Of a DNA stretch of 64,000 nt, positions 39,681 through 48,159 are shown in pieces (position 1 is the first letter of the stretch; every line of letters begins with the position of its first letter). This DNA is from a virus (lineage: Duplodnaviria; Caudoviricetes). The stretch covers positions 96,001-160,000 of IMG/VR virus record IMGVR_UViG_2721755486_000001; one strand, 5' to 3'. The notes under the pieces were generated by a model, which had not been told where the DNA came from, did no database searches, and saw only the letters and a program-made list of their open reading frames with translations. A program made the position numbers and the translations under genes.

Positions 39681-39954
39681 CCCTTGAAATCCCGTTGATG
39701 CTGAAAGCCCGAGCTTCTCAAGATTCGCCCGGGCGTGCAAGCACTTCTTACGTGCCGTGGCACACCTTGGGCACGCTGACCCACCGGCAACCCCAAGGCG
39801 GGTCCAGCCGGGCACCTCATGGGCTCCCGGTGGCCTGGATCCGTGCCACAGCACGGGTGACCCCCACCCCGAACGTCTGAACCTCGAACGGCTGAACGTC
39901 CCGCGGCGTTGCTCGCCGCGCCGTGCCGGTCTCCCCCGTGGGCGCGTGGTCCAC

Positions 39955-40179
39955 ACCTTTCCGTGGTCGCTGCCCGGTCCGCCTTAACCCGACGTCTAGC
40001 CCAACACTGTGCCCCTGGTGGGGCAATGGTGCGCTCCGCTGATCGGTCCTCACCCGGTCCTTCACCCCTTCGTGGTTCAGGCGTGCGGCTTCCGGCGATC
40101 CCATGGCCCCGGGTCCCGGCAGGGCTTCTCCGACGTCAGGCGGCTCCAGACAGCAGAAACCCACGGAAAGGACACAGCC
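39955..40179 (+). repeat. Structured leader repeat (Frpo/ssi-like), copy 2
   Basis: Aligns with the 7890, 41995 and 43815 leaders. Confidence 0.6.
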
Positions 40180-40575
40180 ATGACCACGACGAACCCACAG
40201 ACCGGCACGAGCAGCGCAAACCGCGACGGTTCCTTCGCCTCCCAGGCTCACCAAACAGCAGGTGTAACGGCACCGGCCCAACCGTTCAAGAACGAGTGCT
40301 ACGCCACCGAGGTGATCAACGGCACCCCCGAGCGTTTCGACGCGATCGAGATTCAGGGCGTCCGCGAGGAGATCGACCTGATCGACCCGGCGAAGAGCTG
40401 CTGCGAGGTGGACAACCAGAACCCGCAGTTTTTCTCCGTCTACCTGCACGAGGTGGAGGGCGGCGTGGCGGGCGTGGCGGACCTTGCGACGCATGAGCTG
40501 GCCGTGGCCTACGCCGAGCAACTGGCGGGTCGCTACGACTGGGCGATCTACGACTACTACCTGACCAACGTTTAA
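40180..40575 (+). CDS. Acidic hypothetical protein
   Basis: AAGGA RBS before MTTTNPQ. Confidence 0.7.
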   Translation: MTTTNPQTGTSSANRDGSFASQAHQTAGVTAPAQPFKNECYATEVINGTPERFDAIEIQGVREEIDLIDPAKSCCEVDNQNPQFFSVYLHEVEGGVAGVADLATHELAVAYAEQLAGRYDWAIYDYYLTNV

Positions 40576-40586
40576 GGACCACGACC

Positions 40587-41345
40587 ATGACGACGACCAC
40601 CATCTCCGGCATCTCCGCACCCCGCGCCCGTGGTTGGGTGCACGACGGCGAGGTCCGCGAACTGGCGATCGACGGGACCACGTACCGCTTCCGGCTCAAC
40701 GTCGAAACCGACGACGACAAGGGCGCCCCGTGGGACGAGGAGGACGGCCACGGCCCGGTGAGCGACTGGACCACGCGCGACAAGCGCCCGGGCGAGTGGG
40801 TCCTTTCGAGCGACCACGGCAGCAAGCGGTTCTACGACGTGGCCGAGGCCAACCGCATCGCGAAGCGTGACGGCTGGGGCTTGTCCGACGCGCAGCGTCA
40901 GGCGTTGATCGCCCGGCTGGCGAAGGACCGCGTGGTGCGCCGCCCCGTGGGCAATGCGACCGTGTCCCACCGTTTCGGCGGGCTGATGCAGGAGCACCGC
41001 CGCGCGACGGAGACCGTGACCATCCCTGGGCGTGACCCGAGCAAACCCCTGACCGAGGGCGAGTTGCGCGCCGAGGCGGTGCGTCTGGACTTCGAGCACC
41101 TGCGCCGCTGGGCCGCCGACCAGTGGCACTGGGTGGGCGTGGTCGTGACTCTGCTGGGCGAGGACGAGGACATGGACGACCTCGTGGCGAACGATTACGG
41201 GCACGCGTTGTGGGGCATCGACAGCGACAGCGACGGGTACCTCGAGGGCGTGGCCATGGATCTGATGGCGGAGGCCGCCAACGAGGCGCACCGCGAGACC
41301 CTGGAAGCGGCGCACTGGGCGTCGCGCGACGTCGAAACCCACTGA
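40587..41345 (+). CDS. Hypothetical protein
   Basis: 252 aa, AAGGA RBS. Confidence 0.75.
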   Translation: MTTTTISGISAPRARGWVHDGEVRELAIDGTTYRFRLNVETDDDKGAPWDEEDGHGPVSDWTTRDKRPGEWVLSSDHGSKRFYDVAEANRIAKRDGWGLSDAQRQALIARLAKDRVVRRPVGNATVSHRFGGLMQEHRRATETVTIPGRDPSKPLTEGELRAEAVRLDFEHLRRWAADQWHWVGVVVTLLGEDEDMDDLVANDYGHALWGIDSDSDGYLEGVAMDLMAEAANEAHRETLEAAHWASRDVETH

Positions 41346-41400
41346 TTCACCCGGATCCGTGCCACGGCACGGGTCCACCCCATCAAAAACGGAGAACACG

Positions 41401-41655
41401 ATGGCACGCAAGAACGCACGCACCGTCCGGACCCAGGCCCTGGTCGACGGGTTCCGCGGCAACGACAACGAGTTTTCCATGCTCAAGGGGGTGCTGTGCA
41501 TGGCCCACGGCTGGAGCTACCCCGACAACCAACGGCTGGGCGTGCTGATCGACAGCTCGCTGATCGCTCAGCGGATGGACGAGATCAACAACGAAGCCCG
41601 GGCCCGCATGCTCGCCGAGCTGGACGCGATGAAGCGGGGCGAGTCGACGACCTGA
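41401..41655 (+). CDS. Small hypothetical protein
   Basis: GGAG RBS before MARKNAR. Confidence 0.7.
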   Translation: MARKNARTVRTQALVDGFRGNDNEFSMLKGVLCMAHGWSYPDNQRLGVLIDSSLIAQRMDEINNEARARMLAELDAMKRGESTT

Positions 41656-41994
41656 CGGGCGGGGTGCCCCGCGAGGGCGGGGCTGCAAAACGGCGCGGGC
41701 AGGCGATTCGGCCACTGATCGCTATCGACGCCACTACGGTGCTGCTGACGCTCAACCGCCGGAGCCCGCGGGACCACGACCGGCCGGGATGGCCTGGCAG
41801 GGCGTGAAAAGCGGCGCTCGAACCGTCCAGCGCGGAGGGCCGCTCCGAGCGTTGGGCGAAGCATCCAGCAGGTGCTCCGCTGACGGCAACGACCACGGCA
41901 CTCGACCGTAGGGCGGCCGAGCATCGACGGGCGGGTTGCCCGTCGGCGGTGGTGTCAAGCGTGGCGCGGTGATCCCTGGGCTCAGGGGTGGTTG

Positions 41995-42227
41995 AAAACG
42001 TTCGTTGCTCCCCGGTCCGCCTTTCACCGACGCATAGGCCAAACCGTCCCACTGGTGGGGCAAGGGTGCTGCGCAGCGTTGCCACGTTCCTCTCCCGTTC
42101 CCCTTGTTCCTCGGCGCGTGCGGCATCCGGGCGTGCCCTGGCCCCGTGGTCCTGTTCGTCCTCTTTATGCGTCAAGGCGGCTCCGAAGAGCAAACGAACT
42201 CAACCCACCCTGAGAAGGAGAAACACC
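41995..42227 (+). repeat. Structured leader repeat (Frpo/ssi-like), copy 3
   Basis: CCCCGGTCCGCCTTT..CCGACG..CTGGTGGGGCAAGGG..GCGTGCGGCATCCGG. Confidence 0.6.
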
Positions 42228-42722
42228 ATGGCTCACCTTACCGACACCACCGCACAAGCCAAACCGCGCCGTTCCTCGCGCCCCAAGGCTTCCCAAGAGC
42301 AAGTTTCCAACGTCAACAACCAGGAGGGGACCATGACGACCAGCACCGCAGCAGCACCGGCAGCAGATGCCACCTTCGCCGACGTGGCGGACGCCACCAG
42401 CAACACCGGTACGGCAGAGGGCACCACGGCAGCAGCACCCGCACCGGCGGGCAAGGCTCCCGAAGCGGACAAGCCGAAGGTCCACTACCTGCGCGTGTTC
42501 GTGCTGGCCACCACGGCCGCCGGCACCCACGAGTTCTTCACCACCATCGTCGGCGCGACCGACGAGGAGATCGCGGGCAAGAAGCACCTGAGCAAGGCCA
42601 CCCGCAAGGCGATGGTCGAGGGGTATCGCTGGCCGATGACCCCGTTCGACGAGCGGAGCGCAGCAGCGCGTCAGCTCGACGTGATGGCAGGCCGTCAGGC
42701 GGATGCGATGGCCCGCGCGTAA
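42228..42722 (+). CDS. Hypothetical protein
   Basis: AAGGAG RBS before MAHLTDT; alternative start MTTSTAA. Confidence 0.65.
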   Translation: MAHLTDTTAQAKPRRSSRPKASQEQVSNVNNQEGTMTTSTAAAPAADATFADVADATSNTGTAEGTTAAAPAPAGKAPEADKPKVHYLRVFVLATTAAGTHEFFTTIVGATDEEIAGKKHLSKATRKAMVEGYRWPMTPFDERSAAARQLDVMAGRQADAMARA

Positions 42723-42778
42723 GGCGTCCCCGGCGGGGTGGTGACACCCCGCTGGACCTTTCCACCGAGGAGATCGCG

Positions 42779-42958
42779 ATGACCCGGAACGACTACAAGA
42801 AGGCCCGACGACTGCTGCGCGACAACGGGCGGTACGCGCTGCGCTGGCTCCCGGCCGACGTGGCGGCGGTGATGGACCGCCTGATGTTCACGAAGACCCG
42901 CGATCCGCTGGCGGACCGGGCGTTCATGAAGGACTACGACCGCCGGCTGGCGGGCTGA
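42779..42958 (+). CDS. Small hypothetical protein
   Basis: GAGGAG RBS before MTRNDYKKARR. Confidence 0.65.
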   Translation: MTRNDYKKARRLLRDNGRYALRWLPADVAAVMDRLMFTKTRDPLADRAFMKDYDRRLAG

Positions 42959-43013
42959 CCAACACGGGACCCGCACGCTACGGTTTGCCGGGTCCCACCC
43001 AACGGAGAGAACG

Positions 43014-43316
43014 ATGCACCACCTGACAACGAAATACGCACCGGACGAACGTGTGGCGGCGGTGGTGCGCCGCACCGGTTGCACCGAGCAACAAGCGGTC
43101 AACGAGCTGATCGCGGAGGAGGGCGGTGTGGACGACGCGGTGCGGAACCTGAACGGCATGGCTCGCACCACGGGCGACGATCCGCGACTGCTCCCCCGGG
43201 CTGACTGGCAGACCCAGGCGCGCGGGACGAACGACGCCGAATACGAGATCTACCGGACGAACGCGGAATCGCTGGGCTGGCGGGTGAAGTCCTACGACGA
43301 GTGGCTCAACAGCTAA
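43014..43316 (+). CDS. Small hypothetical protein
   Basis: GGAG RBS; ends VKSYDEWLNS. Confidence 0.7.
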   Translation: MHHLTTKYAPDERVAAVVRRTGCTEQQAVNELIAEEGGVDDAVRNLNGMARTTGDDPRLLPRADWQTQARGTNDAEYEIYRTNAESLGWRVKSYDEWLNS

Positions 43317-43814
43317 CCCCCAGGCCGTGCCCAGGCACGGCCCGTCCCCGCACGCTACGGTTTGACGGGGACGGCAGCACGACGTGGCCGGCGGACCGAC
43401 TGGCCGCTACCAGGTCCCGGTGCGGGTGGGCCCTGGCAGCGGGGGAGCGGAACGCGCGGGGGCGTTCCGCCAACGTCAACACCGCCCGGGGACCCGGGCA
43501 CTCGAACGGCAGGCCTTCGGCCTCGATCGCGGGCAGGACGTCGTCCCCTGGGCGAGGGCGCGGAAGCGATCGACCGGGCCTCCGGCCCCGGGGTGTTTCC
43601 CTCGGGTCCGGTACCACCCTCGGACGGTGTCCTCGTTCGGCTCGCCCAGCACGTCCTGCCCGACCAGGCGGCGCGCTCTCGCGCGTCGCAACGCTGGCAC
43701 CGTGCCTGGGCACGGCTTGACCATCCCCCCCCTGCACAGCATTTCCCCCGGAACCGCGCACGACGCACCACCCAGTCCACGGCATCGCGATGCGTTCCCG
43801 CGCTGGGTGCGGGT

Positions 43815-44032
43815 CCATTCCCCTGTTGCGCGACTGCTCCCTTTCGCCTCCCGACCGACGTGTAGCCCAACCCGTTCCCCTGTTGGGGCAAGGCACCGCT
43901 GGCGCTCGTCGTCCTCTCCCGGTCCCTTCGGGCGTGCGGCATCCGGCGACGGCCTGGCCCCGGTTCCCGGGCTGGTCTGTTCCCACGTCACGGCGAAAAC
44001 GGGAAGCAGAACCCACTCACAGGAGAACAGAC
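43815..44032 (+). repeat. Structured leader repeat (Frpo/ssi-like), copy 4
   Basis: CCGACGTGTAGCCCAAC..CCCCTGTTGGGGCAAGG..GTCCTCTCCCGGTCC..GCGTGCGGCATCCGGCGA. Confidence 0.6.
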
Positions 44033-44362
44033 ATGACCCGCACCCAGCAACGCATCGCGACCACGAACGTCCTGGCCCAGGACGTTCCCTTCTCGATCCC
44101 GGCTCAACAAAAAGCAGATGTGGTGAAGCTCGACCGCGACACCTGCCTGCGCTACGACCTGACCGGTGGCCCGGTTTACGTCACGCGCGAGGCTGCAGAA
44201 AGCCCCTACATCGAGCAGGCGCTGGAATGGTTCACAGATGCACCGGGCAGCATCGAGACCGGCATGACGGTGGTCATCGCCCCGGGCCTCGAATGCCTGT
44301 TTGGCTTCGACCCGCACGCCTCGAATCGGGACGCGTTTTTCCTCTACATCTGGAAGAACTGA
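44033..44362 (+). CDS. Small hypothetical protein
   Basis: AGGAG RBS before MTRTQQRIA. Confidence 0.65.
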   Translation: MTRTQQRIATTNVLAQDVPFSIPAQQKADVVKLDRDTCLRYDLTGGPVYVTREAAESPYIEQALEWFTDAPGSIETGMTVVIAPGLECLFGFDPHASNRDAFFLYIWKN

Positions 44363-44415
44363 GCACCCAGCCGGGTGCTGCGGCGCCCGGCATCACCACC
44401 ACGAGGACCACGACG

Positions 44416-44640
44416 ATGACCCGCACCCCCAAGACCCGGACGCTTTACTCGGTCCGCTACTACCGCACCGGCCACGTGATCGGCACCGCCATCGGGCACA
44501 AGGCCCGGCTGGTCCCGCTGCGGATCGCCAGACGCATCGCGCGGCGCTTGCGCCGGAGCGGGCTGGAGGTCCAGCTCGCGTCCATGGTCGTGCGCCTGAC
44601 CCCGGCGCAAGCCGAGCACCTGGCGCGGCGCTACGGGTAG
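44416..44640 (+). CDS. Small basic hypothetical protein
   Basis: GAGG RBS before MTRTPKTR. Confidence 0.6.
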   Translation: MTRTPKTRTLYSVRYYRTGHVIGTAIGHKARLVPLRIARRIARRLRRSGLEVQLASMVVRLTPAQAEHLARRYG

Positions 44641-44793
44641 GGAGCGGACCAGACGCTGGGCCGTGCCTTGGCACGGCTTGACGTGCAACAGGTGGCATGA
44701 GAGCCTGGTCGTACAGCAACGGCGACCGGTGATCTCCTCCCGCCGGTTGCGATGCTCGAAGGGCCAGCGAAACGCTGGCCCTTCCCATTGGCG

Positions 44794-45969
44794 CTACGCG
44801 GACCGGCCCGGCAGGCCCATGCGCTCCCGGAGCTTCTGGGTGAGCGTTTCGATGGCGGCGCGTTCGTCCGTCACCTTGGGCGTCTTGTGCAGCTCGACCC
44901 ACCAGGTGCTGATCTGGTCCTCCGGCACGTCGAACCGGCGCAGCCAAGTCTCGGTGGCCACCACCGTGTTCAGGAGCGGGGAGGTGCTGTCGAGCGTCCC
45001 GTCCTGCAACGTGTCGATCGTGTCGGCCACGATCGGGCGCAGCGCCTGGTTGAGGATCACGTACGCGGGCGGCGGCAGGACCGGCTTGCCCGGACCGTCG
45101 GAGATCCCGGTTTCCGGCGCGGCACCCGCCTGGATGATGAGGCCACCGTCGCCCAAGGGCTCGCGGATGAACCAGTCCGGCGGGAGCGCGAGGGACGACG
45201 CACCGCCGACCTCGCGGACCAGCTCCGCGTCGAGCGCGTTCAGCCAGTCCACCGTCTTGATCTTCGTGTAGAGCTTGCGCACGTTCACACGCGCGGGGTC
45301 GCCCACGTCGACGCCGGGCCCGAAGCGGCGGGCGTAGAAGAACTCGCTGGCCTCGTTCGGGCGGCGGCCCATCGGGGGCACGTTCACCGCAAACCCGGCG
45401 TGACCGTGGACGGTGGGCAGGGCCTCGGCGAAGGCGTTGAACATCGCTTGGAACCGAGCGGGGCGGTGCACGAGGAACGCACGCGGGACGGTGAAGGACA
45501 CCGCATCCAGGCCGCGCTTGCGTTCGGCTTTCCAGTCGCTCAGCGCGAACACGGTGAAATCGTAGAAACCGGTGGCGAGCTTGTGGTCGGCGCTGGTCAT
45601 GGCCACGGCCAGCGTCTGGTTGGCGGGCACCGACGACGCCAGGCGTGCGAATCCCGACGGGTCGTAGGCGGTCGGGTCCTCTCCCTCGGCGTACAGCCAG
45701 CGCAGGGGGCCGGTCTTCGACGGCTCCTGGCCGGCGGCCACTTCGCTGGCGTGGTGGTACTCGTCGATCACCGCGCTGTACTGCTCGAAGCAGCTCACGA
45801 GCGCCTTGCGGACCTCGGGGGTGCACCCGTTGCGGAAATACAGGGCGCCCCGGACCACCAGCGCGGCGCCGGTGATCCCCTTGCGGTGCGGGGGCTCGTA
45901 GAGGCCATAAGGCATCGTGTCCGCGCGGCGCGGATCCTTCGCCCAGGCTTCGATCTGATCGTTTGTCAT
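44794..45969 (-). CDS. DUF3396/TsiV-like T6SS immunity protein
   Basis: HGHAGFAV..RRFGPGVDVG..IKTVDWL..IQAG..P.Y..WLRRF; downstream of a VRR-Nuc effector. Confidence 0.8.
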   Translation of the reverse strand: MTNDQIEAWAKDPRRADTMPYGLYEPPHRKGITGAALVVRGALYFRNGCTPEVRKALVSCFEQYSAVIDEYHHASEVAAGQEPSKTGPLRWLYAEGEDPTAYDPSGFARLASSVPANQTLAVAMTSADHKLATGFYDFTVFALSDWKAERKRGLDAVSFTVPRAFLVHRPARFQAMFNAFAEALPTVHGHAGFAVNVPPMGRRPNEASEFFYARRFGPGVDVGDPARVNVRKLYTKIKTVDWLNALDAELVREVGGASSLALPPDWFIREPLGDGGLIIQAGAAPETGISDGPGKPVLPPPAYVILNQALRPIVADTIDTLQDGTLDSTSPLLNTVVATETWLRRFDVPEDQISTWWVELHKTPKVTDERAAIETLTQKLRERMGLPGRSA

Positions 45970-45978
45970 GGCGTCAAC

Positions 45979-46719
45979 TTACCAGATGGGTGGGGCGGGG
46001 AACGGGGCAGGGCCTGGCGCGACCGGCGGAAGCGGAGGGCCTCCGGGTGCGCTGCTGCCACCACCGTACAGATCTTCGAGGTCCGTCTGCGGCGCGCGTT
46101 GCTTGGACGACGAGGTTTGCTTCTCCCCTTCGTCGTCGCCGCACCCGCACTCGGTGGCCCCGAGGTGGGCAAACTTCGCCGGACTGCCCGCGATTTCCAC
46201 GTAGTCGGCCTCTTGGTCAGGGCCGTACCGGTCCCCGGGGAACTTCATTTCGACGACCGTCTTAATGTTCGATTGTACGGGCGGCTGGGTCGGGTCGTTG
46301 ACGATCACGACGTCTGGGCGTCGCACGTCCCCGGACTGGTACTTGGTGCCCTTGCTGGGCCACACGTCTCGGATCCACTGGCGGATGCTCGAATGCGGCT
46401 CAAGCGGATCGTCATAGTCCATGATCGGAGATGGGGGCTCGGTGGTCATGTCGTACGGCTGCTCCGGGCGGTATTCCGTCGGAGCGCCCGTCTCCATTTT
46501 CGAGACCTCGTTCGCTAGGCCCAGACGCTGTTCGACGCACTTCTGGCGCTGGACGCGTCCGGACTTGGTGGCGACACCGATCTGCCGGCATTTGCAGAAC
46601 GTGCGGCACAGGACCTCGCGGTCCTTCGGCGAGAGGCGGGCAGCGCTGGCCCCGACCTGGGTGGTCTGGCCTTCCGGGCTCATCCCGCCGGACGACGATC
46701 CGGGGGCGTACCCAGTCAT
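45979..46719 (-). CDS. VRR-NUC (TseV-like) PD-(D/E)xK nuclease effector
   Basis: RRPDVVIV..VVEMKFPGD; Cys-rich N-terminus. Confidence 0.8.
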   Translation of the reverse strand: MTGYAPGSSSGGMSPEGQTTQVGASAARLSPKDREVLCRTFCKCRQIGVATKSGRVQRQKCVEQRLGLANEVSKMETGAPTEYRPEQPYDMTTEPPSPIMDYDDPLEPHSSIRQWIRDVWPSKGTKYQSGDVRRPDVVIVNDPTQPPVQSNIKTVVEMKFPGDRYGPDQEADYVEIAGSPAKFAHLGATECGCGDDEGEKQTSSSKQRAPQTDLEDLYGGGSSAPGGPPLPPVAPGPAPFPAPPIW

Positions 46720-47237
46720 GCGTCGGTCCCCGGCTGGTGGAACGACAGGGACGAGGCCTGGTGCCCTTCGAGCCAGTCGGTGAACCCGTTCGCATCGGTC
46801 TTGCCCTGGACCACGCGACCGTCGGACGACGTGACGGTGTACGGGTGATTGGGGAGGGGCTGGCGCGTGGCGTCGTCGACCACCTGGAATCGTCCGCGCT
46901 GGGGCGTGTCCTGGCTGGCTTGCGACAGCACGCTCTTGCCGCCACCGATCGACCCACCGGGACCGCTGGTCGGCTCGGCCGTGGCGGTGCTTTGGCTGGC
47001 GATCAGCGATGCGCCGCAGGCGGTCGTGTCACCTTCAGAGGCAACGGGCCGCCCGTCGAAGGTCATGCCCAGGTTTTTGACGCCGACGATCGGGTAAATG
47101 CCGCCGCACTTCGGGCAGGAGACCTTGTCGCCAAGCAGGGCGAGCGGTCGACCGTCAACCTTGTTTTCCGGCGCGCAGGCGAGAACACGACCGCCGTGCG
47201 AGGTGGTGTCCCCCTCGCGAATGAACGCAAAACCCAT
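46716..47237 (-). CDS. PAAR domain protein
   Basis: GDTTSHGG, GDKVSCPKC, GDTTACGASLI. Confidence 0.9.
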   Translation of the reverse strand: MGFAFIREGDTTSHGGRVLACAPENKVDGRPLALLGDKVSCPKCGGIYPIVGVKNLGMTFDGRPVASEGDTTACGASLIASQSTATAEPTSGPGGSIGGGKSVLSQASQDTPQRGRFQVVDDATRQPLPNHPYTVTSSDGRVVQGKTDANGFTDWLEGHQASSLSFHQPGTDA

Positions 47238-47416
47238 GCCGCATACCTCCCTTCCGTTTGGTCGGAGGAATGTAGCACAGCGGGTTTTCCCGTAACCATC
47301 CTGTCAACGTTGACAGGGCGCGGGGCGGTGTGGGAAGGTCCGGCCAGCAGCGCGAACAGGCCCGTCAGGGCTGCTGCAGCGTGAGGGAGGCCGGCCACAG
47401 CGCCGGCCTTCGTCCG

Positions 47417-48115
47417 TCAGGCGTTGTCGATCGGGTCGTTGAACGTCGGGCTGTCGTTCCCGCCACCGCTGCGATTCACCCCGGGCGTCACCTTGTGCCA
47501 TCGGAAGGCTTCCGACGGCTTCACGGCGTTGTTCGCCAGGTGCACCGCCTCCTCGTAGGTCGTGGCGGGGTCCAGCCACACCTTCGCTTCGTCCAGCGTG
47601 AGGACCAGCGGGCGCCGATCGTGGATGTCGCCCAGCAGGCCCTCGGCGGCGTCGGTGACGATCACGAAACCGTCCACCACGCCCGGTGTGCTGGGCGGAG
47701 GGGCACCTTCGCGTACGCTCGACAGCCCGGCGAAATACGTGGGCGGCCCGTTGGCGGTCTGGATGAACCACGGCTGCTTGTGCCCCGGCTCCCCGGTCCA
47801 CTCGTAGTAGCCGTCGCAGGGGACGAGCACGCGGTGCGCTTTCCACATCCATTTCCACGCAGAGCTGGAGGACTTGTCCAGGCGCGCGTTGATCATCATT
47901 TTCTGCTGGCGCTCGACGGCCCAGGCGGGGCGGTAGCCCCACGTTTGCAGACGTGGACCGTCGGGGGTGATGACCGGTTGCTGGGTGCCGGGCGACACGT
48001 TCCAGCTCGGCCGGAACAGGTCCGCGTGACCGCGCAGGCGCGGGTCGTTCTCGTCGGTGGCGAGGGGCACGACGTAGAAAAGGTCGCCCTGACCGCGGGA
48101 GTAACGACCACACAT
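47417..48115 (-). CDS. SOS response-associated peptidase (SRAP/YedK/HMCES family)
   Basis: MCGRY N-terminus, WNVSP, INAR, GYYEW, IHDRRP. Confidence 0.92.
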   Translation of the reverse strand: MCGRYSRGQGDLFYVVPLATDENDPRLRGHADLFRPSWNVSPGTQQPVITPDGPRLQTWGYRPAWAVERQQKMMINARLDKSSSSAWKWMWKAHRVLVPCDGYYEWTGEPGHKQPWFIQTANGPPTYFAGLSSVREGAPPPSTPGVVDGFVIVTDAAEGLLGDIHDRRPLVLTLDEAKVWLDPATTYEEAVHLANNAVKPSEAFRWHKVTPGVNRSGGGNDSPTFNDPIDNA

Positions 48116-48159
48116 GGATGTCTCCTGGTGGCAAACGGACAGCGTAACCTATACCGGGC

